DNA of 62,334 bases from a virus (lineage: Duplodnaviria; Caudoviricetes). Position numbers and translations under genes: made by a program. Numbering within the stretch: the stretch's first letter is position 1; the number at the start of each line of letters is the position of its first letter. The notes under the pieces are model-generated. The model searched no databases. It had not been told where the DNA came from and was given only the letters and a program-made list of their open reading frames with translations. Positions 48,479 through 56,857 of the stretch are shown piece after piece. The stretch lies in IMG/VR virus record IMGVR_UViG_3300000101_000013, positions 1 through 62,334 of that record; one strand, 5' to 3'.

Positions 48479-48814
48479 TTACACTTCCAAATAACTTATT
48501 GTTACAGCAAGATTAGTTAAATTTGCTCCAATATCTGGTGCAGCAACAAAGCTAACTAAATCGCCAGCTTCTAAAACTATTCTTTCTGAATCAAATGTAA
48601 ATGTTTCTCCTGCTGGTAGTACTAAATTGTTTACAATTCTAGTCACAGAGTTATTAAGTGCTACTCCGCTTGGTAAAAAGTGTAAATCAAAGTTTGCAGA
48701 ATCAACGCTACTATTATTACAAACCATTATATTTGTAATAGCATATCTTTTACCTGACGGTACTGTAATAACATCTAGTTGTGTATTTGTTAGTTGTGCG
48801 TTTACGATTGCCAT
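48479..48814 (-). CDS. Small beta-rich virion protein (paralog family)
   Basis: ITVPSG..YAITNIMVCN...LPAGETF..DSERIVLEAGD...ISYLEV. Confidence 0.65.
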   Translation of the reverse strand: MAIVNAQLTNTQLDVITVPSGKRYAITNIMVCNNSSVDSANFDLHFLPSGVALNNSVTRIVNNLVLPAGETFTFDSERIVLEAGDLVSFVAAPDIGANLTNLAVTISYLEV

Positions 48815-48823
48815 ATTGTTTCC

Positions 48824-49879
48824 TTAAAAGAGCATTCCGAACAGTAATGCTCTATTTTTACTTACTAGTTCGTCTGTTACATTGTTTTTATTTACATAAT
48901 ATAAGCCAACATTGCCTTCACTGTCGGCTGTATTTTTTGAAAATATTTTTATTCCATCACTAGGTACTGAAGGTGTTGCTGATAGATCATCGTCAAAAGG
49001 AGATCCAGTTAATACCATTGAATCTTTAACTATAACAGATCCTGTTCCAGGTGCTGATAAAAATAAATCATCATCTGATATTGTAGTAGATATTTCATTT
49101 TTTTGTATTTTTATATCAGCAAGTTCTAATCTGTTACTATAAATATTTCCAATCAAAGTATTGTCTACTTTTATCTCTACTGTACTTTCAACTCCGGTTG
49201 TGTCTTGATCTCTTGTTTTTACAGAAGTATCATTATCAACAATACCCGGCTGTAAAATATTTGCAAAACTATATGTAATATAATCCTGCACAGATTTTAC
49301 TGTTGTTAATCCATCATCATTTAATGATACAACTCCGCCACCTGGGTCAGTAATTACAAAGTCATTTGCAACAGCATCGAACGCATAATTAAAAATATTA
49401 CGTTCATAATTTACTGTACCACTAACATCTATCATAGATGCTGGTGTTGTAATATATAATCGTCCTTCGGCATTAATACTATTTGTTGCAAAAGGCAAAG
49501 TTGTTCCTGTTGCATCTTGTAATTTAAAAGATCCTGTTCCGCTTGATCCGCCTGTGGCAAACGGTGTCTGTTCATTAAAAACTATTCTTGCTGCAGGTAG
49601 TGAACCTCTATCAATTTCTACACCTGCTATATAACCAGCTGATGCACTTATTCCTGCACCAGACTCGCCTTCGTTTAGTGTAATAATATTATCAGCAATA
49701 GTAGTAACGGTTGATTCTACTGTAGTTTGTGTTCCTTTTACTTCAAGATCACCGTTAATAACAATAGTTCCTTGAACAGCAGAATTACCATCAGTAGTAT
49801 CTAAAGTAATAGTGCCTGCTGCTCCATTACTAACAGTAATTTTATAATTACCACCAGTTACTTTTTCTATTTTTGACAT
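48824..49879 (-). CDS. Virion structural protein
   Basis: GDLEVKGTQTTVEST..TIADNIITLN...AGVEIDRG motif, common in fibre proteins of large myoviruses. Confidence 0.65.
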   Translation of the reverse strand: MSKIEKVTGGNYKITVSNGAAGTITLDTTDGNSAVQGTIVINGDLEVKGTQTTVESTVTTIADNIITLNEGESGAGISASAGYIAGVEIDRGSLPAARIVFNEQTPFATGGSSGTGSFKLQDATGTTLPFATNSINAEGRLYITTPASMIDVSGTVNYERNIFNYAFDAVANDFVITDPGGGVVSLNDDGLTTVKSVQDYITYSFANILQPGIVDNDTSVKTRDQDTTGVESTVEIKVDNTLIGNIYSNRLELADIKIQKNEISTTISDDDLFLSAPGTGSVIVKDSMVLTGSPFDDDLSATPSVPSDGIKIFSKNTADSEGNVGLYYVNKNNVTDELVSKNRALLFGMLF

Positions 49880-49895
49880 TTACAAATCCTTAAAT

Positions 49896-49922
49896 TGTTG
49901 TGGGGAACTTGCCCCCACAACA
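49896..49922 (-). terminator. Intergenic hairpin, probable terminator or processing stem
   Basis: 10-bp inverted repeat TGTTGTGGGG...CCCCACAACA; weak U tail. Confidence 0.5.
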
Positions 49923-49935
49923 TTTATATCTTACT

Positions 49936-50553
49936 TTAAGTTGCTTGTGCATCAACAACAATGCCGCCACTTTCAGTCGCCGCTTTAGTTGCTACACCAT
50001 CTGATGTATAACCAGTAAAGCCACTACTATCAACACCATCTAATTCGAAAGTGTTAGTTGTTTTATTTGCCACTGTGTATGCAGTTTCAAGGTTAAGCTC
50101 AACCATTCCAACTACGCCACGGATAGATACTTTATCTCCGTTGCTGAAGCCGTGTCCAGTTGCTGTGATAACACATGGATCTGCCGCTGTTGCACCTGAA
50201 ATAACTTTTTCAATTGCTGAACTTGTTCCTGTAGCTGATCTTGCCCACTTGTGTTTTGTTGCGCCTTCAAGTTGCATTTTTCTGTTGAACATTTTTGTAA
50301 TCTGTTTAGTAACACCGTCACTGTCAGTTACGTTAATGCAAAATTCACTAGCACCTAAACCTCCAATTGACTTGTTAACCAATGTACAAGTTTCTGTTTT
50401 GTTTCCATCAGTAACAATAAATTTATTTGTTGATCTTTGTTTTACAATGTGTGACTCAGTAGTAATTTCTCCACCAGCTGCAAATTTAACTGCTGTTACT
50501 TGGATTTTACCGGCTCCGTCACCAATGTGTTTTTTATTAATTGGTCTTCCCAT
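49936..50553 (-). CDS. Late structural protein with an E1-FCCH-like beta domain
   Basis: Start reassigned to MGRPINKK (AAGGAG RBS). ISGAT.A.PCVIT...HG.SNGD.V.I.GVVGM.ELN domain, also present in the 741-aa protein. Confidence 0.65.
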   Translation of the reverse strand: MGRPINKKHIGDGAGKIQVTAVKFAAGGEITTESHIVKQRSTNKFIVTDGNKTETCTLVNKSIGGLGASEFCINVTDSDGVTKQITKMFNRKMQLEGATKHKWARSATGTSSAIEKVISGATAADPCVITATGHGFSNGDKVSIRGVVGMVELNLETAYTVANKTTNTFELDGVDSSGFTGYTSDGVATKAATESGGIVVDAQAT

Positions 50554-50555
50554 TT

Positions 50556-50647
50556 GTTTTCTCCTTTTAAAACGTTCTAGGTTTACGCAGTGGGTCATTT
50601 CTGCATAAGTCCGCATGATGCGGCACGATTATTGACACAAGTATTTA
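50556..50647 (-). promoter_or_regulatory. Late-type promoter motif and structured leader
   Basis: ATAAATA near 50647, then hairpins CCGCA/UGCGG (50611-50623) and UUAUGCAG/CUGCGUAA (50583-50608). Confidence 0.45.
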
Positions 50648-50656
50648 TCAAATAGA

Positions 50657-51133
50657 TTAAGTACGGTGTTTTAGTTTCTCTAGTACTAGTTTTTCTACAA
50701 TATAAAATGAACTAACGTATAACAGTGTGCTCAACAACGTCATATGAAAGAACGGTATTGCCGCTATATAACATGTTAATAAGCCTGCAAGAGTTAGTCC
50801 GTAGTATCCACTAGTCCATATTGCAAAGTTAGTTATAACAAAAAACAATATAGGACCCGCAAATGTTATTGATAACAGTTTAATTTTTGTTGCTAGTAGC
50901 GTACACATTATGATACTACTATAAGTCCATATCATGTAACCATGAAGTCCCCAATATATATCTGCTATAAACATAGCAAGTAATATAGCACATATTGCCG
51001 TCGGAATGTGCTTTATAATTCTTGGAGCAAAAACAGCGACAGCAATAATAGGTGTAAAATTAGGTGGGTGTGGTATAATTCTACTAAGTGCTAATACAAA
51101 TACAAATCCTAAAAACCAATATATATTATTCAT
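50657..51133 (-). CDS. DUF6580-like inner-membrane transporter (ECF S-component/BtuM-like)
   Basis: Hydrophobic 158 aa with SRIIPHPPNFTPI...FFVITNFAIW...CYIAAIPFF; TAATG-coupled to the TonB receptor gene. Confidence 0.7.
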   Translation of the reverse strand: MNNIYWFLGFVFVLALSRIIPHPPNFTPIIAVAVFAPRIIKHIPTAICAILLAMFIADIYWGLHGYMIWTYSSIIMCTLLATKIKLLSITFAGPILFFVITNFAIWTSGYYGLTLAGLLTCYIAAIPFFHMTLLSTLLYVSSFYIVEKLVLEKLKHRT

Positions 51134-52869
51134 TACATTACTATTCTAATACCAGCCTGGAAGTTTATTCCCATTTGGTTGTATCCATCTGGTTGTTCAT
51201 ACTTCTCATCTGTAATATTATATAGTCCTAGATAAAACATTTTGTTTTCATGTGTTTGATTTAATTCTAAATCAAACGTAGTTATACTACTTTTATCTAT
51301 TGTTTTAAAAGTTGAACTATCGATGTCTTTGTGGTCACCATAATAATTCATTGACGCTTTGTAATTTAGATCATCTATATTTTTAGAAATACCGGAACTG
51401 TTAGTCCAAGCAGGTCTACGTAACTTTTCATCACCGTTATTTAATTTTGCTTCTGTATAAGTTACATTAGAATCAAAAATATACCCGCTATAATCTTTAC
51501 TATAACTTACTTCAGCACCTTTGCTTGTTCCGCCGCCTGTAATATTAGTATATGTAGAATTAGCATATGTGATTGAATTAGTTTCTTCAATATAAAATAA
51601 TGCTGTATCAAAGTTGCCTATCTTATAACCTATTTCATATGAGTCAATATCTTCAGCATTTAAGTTTGGATTACCATTATATCCATAACTGTCTATACCA
51701 TACATTTCATATAATGTTGGTAATCTATAACCTTGTGAGTAACTTGCTCTTAAATGATCAAATGATATTCCTATTCTTGAACTAAGTTTGCTATCAAAAT
51801 CACTAATGCTATCATATCTACTACTAAAACTTAGAACAGTTCCTAGATAGTATTCTTTATCAACTTCAAAGAACAATCCTGAAACATATCTATTTTCTTT
51901 AACACTACTTTGATAACTGTTTATATTTGTTGCAAAGTCTGCACTTGCTTCATTGTATTCCCAACCTACGGAATAATCATATGAGTCTTTATTAAAAGTA
52001 TGCTGTGTTAAATATGTATTACTTTCACTGTTGTATTTGTCAACTACTCCGTTTTTAGTATATGTTCTATCATGTTTACTATTGTTTAGGACTACTCTTG
52101 TATTTTTGGTTTGGAAATCTATTTGGTTGTTATTCCATTCCCAATCACCTGTATAATTTAATACATCTGCTGATCCGCTATCAAGACTCATATCATTTTT
52201 GTCTTTAATTTTGTTTAGTTTAAGAATGTATTTGTTTCCTATGTAATCATAACCAATATTAAATGTATTTGCTTCATGTGGATCTTTTTCTTCACCTTGT
52301 GCGTATACACTTACACCATCTGTTGTTGTTTGATTAGCAGTAACTTTAAAATTATGTCTATCAGTTTGATCTTTATCAACTACACTTATTTCTTTGCTGA
52401 TAAGATTATTAGAGCCTATACTAACATCTATATAACTATTTCCATATGTACTTGAGTGCATATCAATAACACCGCCTGCCGCATTAGGCCCGTGTGCGTT
52501 GCTCATAGGACCCTTTATAACTGTCAAATAGTCTATTCCTATCAAGTTATGTTGACTAAAATCATCTGCTCCACTAGGTGTGCTATGGTCTTTGATTACA
52601 ATTCCGTTTAACGTAATTAAACTGTGATCGCTTTCGGTACCTCTAATAAACAAACTACTTGATTGTCCTGGAGGTCCATTTTGTACAATACTAACTCCAT
52701 TAGTCGTTTCAACTGGAGTGTCAACACCTATAATATCATATGAATATGTTCTAGTTGCTAAGTCACTTGCTGTTCTTGGAATTGTTATTGTTATTTCTAA
52801 AGGTTCGGCCAAACTTTGGCCACAAAAAAACACGGTAAGAACCGTGACTAACAATATTATTTTATTCAT
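51133..52869 (-). CDS. TonB-dependent outer-membrane receptor, BtuB-like
   Basis: Signal peptide; plug VQNGPPGQSSSLFIRGTESDHSLITLNG (compare BtuB FIRGTNASHVLVLIDG); KGP.S..HG..A.GGVI; PTLYEMYG...GNPNL; RRP; NITDEKYE. Confidence 0.8.
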   Translation of the reverse strand: MNKIILLVTVLTVFFCGQSLAEPLEITITIPRTASDLATRTYSYDIIGVDTPVETTNGVSIVQNGPPGQSSSLFIRGTESDHSLITLNGIVIKDHSTPSGADDFSQHNLIGIDYLTVIKGPMSNAHGPNAAGGVIDMHSSTYGNSYIDVSIGSNNLISKEISVVDKDQTDRHNFKVTANQTTTDGVSVYAQGEEKDPHEANTFNIGYDYIGNKYILKLNKIKDKNDMSLDSGSADVLNYTGDWEWNNNQIDFQTKNTRVVLNNSKHDRTYTKNGVVDKYNSESNTYLTQHTFNKDSYDYSVGWEYNEASADFATNINSYQSSVKENRYVSGLFFEVDKEYYLGTVLSFSSRYDSISDFDSKLSSRIGISFDHLRASYSQGYRLPTLYEMYGIDSYGYNGNPNLNAEDIDSYEIGYKIGNFDTALFYIEETNSITYANSTYTNITGGGTSKGAEVSYSKDYSGYIFDSNVTYTEAKLNNGDEKLRRPAWTNSSGISKNIDDLNYKASMNYYGDHKDIDSSTFKTIDKSSITTFDLELNQTHENKMFYLGLYNITDEKYEQPDGYNQMGINFQAGIRIVM

Positions 52870-52874
52870 AATGT

Positions 52875-52903
52875 ATTTTATATTCTAAAGAAAGATTTGT
52901 CAA
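52875..52903 (-). promoter_or_regulatory. Sigma70-like promoter for a probably leaderless receptor mRNA
   Basis: TTGACA-N17-TAAAAT ending 5 nt before the ATG; no Shine-Dalgarno sequence. Confidence 0.6.
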
Positions 52904-52904
52904 G

Positions 52905-52929
52905 AAAAAAGACTCCAAAGAGCCTTTTT
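52905..52929 (-). terminator. Rho-independent terminator after the structured RNA
   Basis: AAAAAGGCUC-UUUG-GAGUCUUUUUU on the minus strand. Confidence 0.65.
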
Positions 52930-52934
52930 AAAAT

Positions 52935-53151
52935 ATAAGCAAAATAGGTAGGACTTGGGTACACCTACAAGCACGGACCGAAATACCATTTCTAAACCGT
53001 ACAACCTGTCCCCGCGGGTTAGTGCGATGTGACTCAGCGTATTTCTACTACCAAGCCTGGGTACCACCCCTGGACAGTCAAGTTCGACTCTTTTGGTAGG
53101 AGCCTCTTCCTTGCACTATAAACAAAAAGTAATTAGTTTTTTGTTGCTTAT
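52935..53151 (-). ncRNA. Unclassified structured non-coding RNA (~215 nt)
   Basis: GC-rich and without a listed ORF; own promoter and terminator; ends pair (AUAAGCAA/UUGCUUAU); several internal stems. Confidence 0.6.
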
Positions 53152-53157
53152 GTACTT

Positions 53158-53186
53158 AATATAACAGACTTTATTCATAAAGTCAA
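53158..53186 (-). promoter_or_regulatory. Sigma70-like promoter of the structured RNA
   Basis: TTGACT-N17-TATATT; the predicted +1 (~53151) coincides with the 5' end of the closing stem. Confidence 0.65.
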
Positions 53187-53205
53187 CCTCTTTTTTACCA
53201 AAATA

Positions 53206-53358
53206 TTAAATTTTTTGTAATCTAGGGTCTGTACTAAGTATGTTCTTTTCAGCTCTTGGTCTAGATAAACGATTTTCAGCCATTTTGCGTATTATTGCTT
53301 TATGTGCTAGTTCGGTTTTTCTTTTTTTGCGAGCTATTTCGAAGTCTTTGTAGTTCAT
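53206..53358 (-). CDS. 50-aa basic peptide downstream of the glutamine riboswitch (not in the ORF track)
   Basis: MNYKDFEIARKKRKTELAHKAIIRKMAENRLSRPRAEKNILSTDPRLQKI; GAGGAG RBS upstream. Confidence 0.75.
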   Translation of the reverse strand: MNYKDFEIARKKRKTELAHKAIIRKMAENRLSRPRAEKNILSTDPRLQKI

Positions 53359-53383
53359 TGACACTCTCCTCGTTAAAGTTAAG

Positions 53384-53430
53384 TGCGTTCCTTCGCTAAT
53401 GCTACTTCCGGGCTTGACGCCTGAACGTTG
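53384..53430 (-). ncRNA. Glutamine riboswitch (glnA RNA motif, glutamine-I)
   Basis: CGUUC-AGGC-GUCAA-GCC-CGGAAGUA-GC-AUUA-GC-GAAG-GAACG: P1 CGUUC/GAACG, a P2 stem, and the E-loop GGAAGUA...GAAG as in the glnA motif consensus. Confidence 0.8.
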
Positions 53431-53435
53431 TATTA

Positions 53436-53807
53436 TTATTTAGTATCTAGAACCTGAATAAATTCATTTTCTCTATCCAAATATTTGAAGTCGATCTTTA
53501 CTGGATCAAACTTATCTAGTGCATCAAATACTATACGTGTGTCTAAATCACCACAAGTATAGACATCTAATTGGATTAATTTTGGCGATTGTTCGTCCCA
53601 TATGTGTATTGCTACGTGTGATGTTTCAATAATAGTAACACAAGTAAATCCTTTGTTACCTTCTATATCACAATACTTAACATAAGGTCCCATCATAATC
53701 TTCATACCAATGTCTCTAATTAAATTAGAAGCCCAATCAGTAATAGTTTGTTCGCATATTGGAGGATTACTTACTTCTGCTCGTACTATTAAATGTTTAT
53801 GTTTCAT
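53436..53807 (-). CDS. speD: S-adenosylmethionine decarboxylase proenzyme
   Basis: KHLIV...GFTCVTIIETSHVAIHIWDE...LDVYTCG, with the pyruvoyl self-cleavage SH motif. Confidence 0.88.
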   Translation of the reverse strand: MKHKHLIVRAEVSNPPICEQTITDWASNLIRDIGMKIMMGPYVKYCDIEGNKGFTCVTIIETSHVAIHIWDEQSPKLIQLDVYTCGDLDTRIVFDALDKFDPVKIDFKYLDRENEFIQVLDTK

Positions 53808-53827
53808 AAGTTTTTGTTTATGTATAA

Positions 53828-53856
53828 TTTATACCTTATTTGACACAAAAAGTCAA
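53828..53856 (-). promoter_or_regulatory. Sigma70-like promoter of speD
   Basis: TTGACT-N17-TATAAA directly after the capsid gene terminator. Confidence 0.6.
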
Positions 53857-53871
53857 CCAGAAAATTTAGTC

Positions 53872-53900
53872 AAAAAAATAGGCGCCGTAGCGCCTATTTT
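53872..53900 (-). terminator. Rho-independent terminator after the major capsid gene
   Basis: AAAAUAGGCGC-UACG-GCGCCUAUUUUUUU. Confidence 0.85.
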
Positions 53901-53919
53901 AGTATTTCTATTTAACGAC

Positions 53920-55092
53920 TTAGCTGAAGCTTACGTTAGCAATGCTAACACGAGCTAGATAGTCTGCTGCGTTACCTAATGAACTTGCAGTGTTGTTTAG
54001 CTCAACATATCCGTATCTAGTCATGAAACTCACAACTGGCTCGAATGATGTTGGATCTAATACAACGCCACTTGACATTAGTGGGATATATGGGCAATAG
54101 AACGCTGCTGCGTCTGATTCGCTTGATCCTTTGTAACCTACAAGTACGTCTTGTGCATCAGCAGCATATGTGTTTACATATACTTTCATTGCATTGTTTA
54201 AAGTACCAACCATTTTAGTGTTAGTTGGAGCTTCAAAAGTGCCTTCAGTTGTTCTTGCAAACGCTGAAGTTGTTGCTGATTGAAGTACTGTTAATGCAAA
54301 CGGACTCACAACTGCCCAGTTACCTGCGCCTCTACGTGTACGTTGTGCAATTTTGTTACTTGCGCGGTTGATCATAACTGCTAATGCAGCATGCTCGTCA
54401 CCTACGAAAGTAGCTGTACCTGACACACCAGCTTGATCATACTGAGTATCTGCTTCAGCTGTTCCTGCTAATGTATATAGGCTACCAAGTACTTCTTGGT
54501 CAATCTCAGCTGTAATTTCTTGAGCCAAAGCAGCCATAATTTCTGCTTCAACATCAATACCATGCTGTGATTGTGCGTCTTGTGCAGACTCAAAAGTCCA
54601 ACGAGCTGATAGCTTTCTGGATTTTGCTTCTACAGTTTGCTTCAAGATTTGAATTGACATCTTGTTACCAGCTTCACCTTCTAGTGCTGCTGTTGATGCC
54701 GCTGTTCCTGCTGTTGCACCTGAGTACGCTTCAGCAATCTTGAACGGTGATAGTGCTTCTTCACCAGCTACAGTACCGCTTGCGCCTGTACCTACTGTAT
54801 CCGAATAACGAACACGTAGCGTGTGAATTTGCCCTACTGGGCCAGTCATAGGCTGAACACCAACGATTTCATTAGCAATGACTGTTGGCATTACACGTCT
54901 GATGACGGGTAAAATAACTCTGTTAAGAGTTGCGACGTTACCGGCGGATGTTGCGCCTGCGCCTGCAGTTTCTGACAAATACTTACGTGTATTTTCCAGT
55001 GTTGCTGACATTACAGATTTCTTTGTGCCTGATAGGCCTTCAAGAAGTGCGCTCTTGGTATCCAGCCAGCGACTTTCTAATAGTTCTGACAT
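53920..55092 (-). CDS. gp23: Major capsid protein (T4 gp23-like)
   Basis: IVGVQPMTGPVGQI, VEAKSRKLSARWT.E.AQD, EITAEID.E, FYCPYIPL, F.TRYG. Confidence 0.95.
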   Translation of the reverse strand: MSELLESRWLDTKSALLEGLSGTKKSVMSATLENTRKYLSETAGAGATSAGNVATLNRVILPVIRRVMPTVIANEIVGVQPMTGPVGQIHTLRVRYSDTVGTGASGTVAGEEALSPFKIAEAYSGATAGTAASTAALEGEAGNKMSIQILKQTVEAKSRKLSARWTFESAQDAQSQHGIDVEAEIMAALAQEITAEIDQEVLGSLYTLAGTAEADTQYDQAGVSGTATFVGDEHAALAVMINRASNKIAQRTRRGAGNWAVVSPFALTVLQSATTSAFARTTEGTFEAPTNTKMVGTLNNAMKVYVNTYAADAQDVLVGYKGSSESDAAAFYCPYIPLMSSGVVLDPTSFEPVVSFMTRYGYVELNNTASSLGNAADYLARVSIANVSFS

Positions 55093-55102
55093 AGTTTTCT
55101 CC

Positions 55103-56194
55103 TTAATTTAAACCAGCTAAACGTCTAATGTCAACGACATTATCGTCTTGCTTTGAACTAACGTTAGTTTGTTTTCTATTGCCTGTGATTTCTGTGCCTT
55201 CTGTAATTACTGCCTTCTGCTTCGCTGGAGATTTACCATCAATTACTGACGGTAGGTACTTGTCAAATGCAGATTGTAGTCTGTTTGTTTGTACTGATTC
55301 CAGTAAATCTGTCATGATTTCTTGTTCTGCTCTGTTTAGTGGGCTTAACAATCCATCAATAGTTTCTTTGCGCTCAGCGACTAGTGCCATACGCTTAACT
55401 TCGTTCGCCTTAGACTCAGCTAATACTTTTGCTTTTGTTGCAAATGCTTTTGCTTCAACTAGTTGTTTGTCTTTAACTGCGACTACATTCATAAGTTTAG
55501 CAACTTCTGAATTTTCATTCAGGTGACTAGTTGCGTACTCTGATGCAAACGCTTCAAACATTTTGCGACCGAAATCGTTCTTACGTGCTTCATTGATATC
55601 TTCTTTTAATGCGCTGATTTCACCTTTTAGAGTTGTTTCAACGATTTTCGATACCTTGTTAGCACCTTTCGCAATAAAGTCTTTTTTGACTTCAGCAAAT
55701 TTACTTTTAGCTTCTTTTATAAGTTTTACCTTAGTTTCAGCTAAATCTTTTTTGTCTTCATGGAACTCTGCAATTTCTTTAGCAAGTGCATCGACAATAA
55801 AGTTCTCAAGCATGCTGAACTTATCAGACATTGCTTTTTGATCTTCATGTAACTCAGAAACTTCTGTCTTTAGTGATTCTAAAACAAATTTTTGCATTAA
55901 TTTTGCGTCTTCACGCATTTTAACAGCATATTTTGCTTTAGCTTCAGCTAGTTGTTTGCGATCTTCTGCAAACTCAGATATTTCTTCAGCTAAACGCTCT
56001 GAGATCATAGCATCGATAGCTTCAACCATAGTTGATTTATCATGCTCATATTTCTTAGCAAATTCTTCGCGAAGTTCAGCAGTTGCCTGCTGACGATTCT
56101 CTTTGATTTTGCTTTCCCATGCGCCTTCGATTTCAGCACGTACTTCTTCAGAAACTACATCGTTTTCAAAAAGTGTTTTAAGTGCGTCCAACAT
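55103..56194 (-). CDS. Prohead scaffold/core protein (gp22-like)
   Basis: Coiled-coil, charged; lies between gp21 and gp23; GRKMFEAF motif. Confidence 0.8.
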   Translation of the reverse strand: MLDALKTLFENDVVSEEVRAEIEGAWESKIKENRQQATAELREEFAKKYEHDKSTMVEAIDAMISERLAEEISEFAEDRKQLAEAKAKYAVKMREDAKLMQKFVLESLKTEVSELHEDQKAMSDKFSMLENFIVDALAKEIAEFHEDKKDLAETKVKLIKEAKSKFAEVKKDFIAKGANKVSKIVETTLKGEISALKEDINEARKNDFGRKMFEAFASEYATSHLNENSEVAKLMNVVAVKDKQLVEAKAFATKAKVLAESKANEVKRMALVAERKETIDGLLSPLNRAEQEIMTDLLESVQTNRLQSAFDKYLPSVIDGKSPAKQKAVITEGTEITGNRKQTNVSSKQDDNVVDIRRLAGLN

Positions 56195-56208
56195 ATTATG
56201 TTCTCCTT

Positions 56209-56841
56209 TTATTGGAGTCTACTGATTATATTAATCAGAGATTCTTTTAAGTATTTTTGTGCCTTTGAGTCGTGTTTTGTAGCCTGTGCAAGTTCGTATG
56301 CCTTCATTCCTCCACGTGCATTCATTAAATGTTCGTAGATTGGTGTAGGATACGCACCAGGGGCGCTAGGCTGAGCCACAACGTCCACAGTGATTATTTC
56401 AAAATCAGAGACTTCATTACTTCCGTCTTCTGATACGTTTCCGCTACCACGCGATGAAACACCTAGTTTCACACCATTTTGTATCATAGTGCTTACTAAC
56501 TGTCCCATCGGAGTTGGTAGAATTTTTAATTTACCATAACCGTTTGCGCCATCCATCCAACATTCGTTGATCATATGACTCACGCGGTCTAAGTTAATGT
56601 TAAGTCCTTCTGGATGATCAACTTCGCCGAGAACTGAATATCCTCCAGTGATTTGATCATTGAGAGTTTTGACAGCCCTACCAATTTCGTTTACAGGATA
56701 TACACGTTGGTTTGCGTTACGCACTCCACCTTGTATACAAATACCTTTCATGTAAAGATCTTTGCCCCCACTGGCGTTATCGGTAGACTCAACGACTATG
56801 TTAGCCTGGTCGAATGTCAGATGCTCTCGTAAGTTTATCAT
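56209..56841 (-). CDS. gp21: Prohead protease (gp21-like)
   Basis: GICIQG..RNANQRVYP, LGEVDHP, ILPTPMG, LGVSSRGSG, DVVAQPSAPGAY. Confidence 0.92.
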   Translation of the reverse strand: MINLREHLTFDQANIVVESTDNASGGKDLYMKGICIQGGVRNANQRVYPVNEIGRAVKTLNDQITGGYSVLGEVDHPEGLNINLDRVSHMINECWMDGANGYGKLKILPTPMGQLVSTMIQNGVKLGVSSRGSGNVSEDGSNEVSDFEIITVDVVAQPSAPGAYPTPIYEHLMNARGGMKAYELAQATKHDSKAQKYLKESLINIISRLQ

Positions 56842-56857
56842 TTAAAGTTCCTTAACC

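Noticed and set aside
50554-50616. N-terminal 21 aa of the 226-aa ORF call
   Set aside because: A strong RBS precedes the ATG at 50553, so the upstream part is better explained as a structured leader.
53076-53095. tRNA/tmRNA T-loop-like GTTCGACTC on the plus strand
   Set aside because: No 5-bp T-stem, acceptor stem, cloverleaf or CCA end.
52935-53151. Cobalamin riboswitch upstream of the BtuB-like gene
   Set aside because: No B12-box or GGGAA...GCCACUG core is recognisable, and a terminator plus a separate promoter lie between the RNA and the gene. Kept as an unclassified ncRNA.
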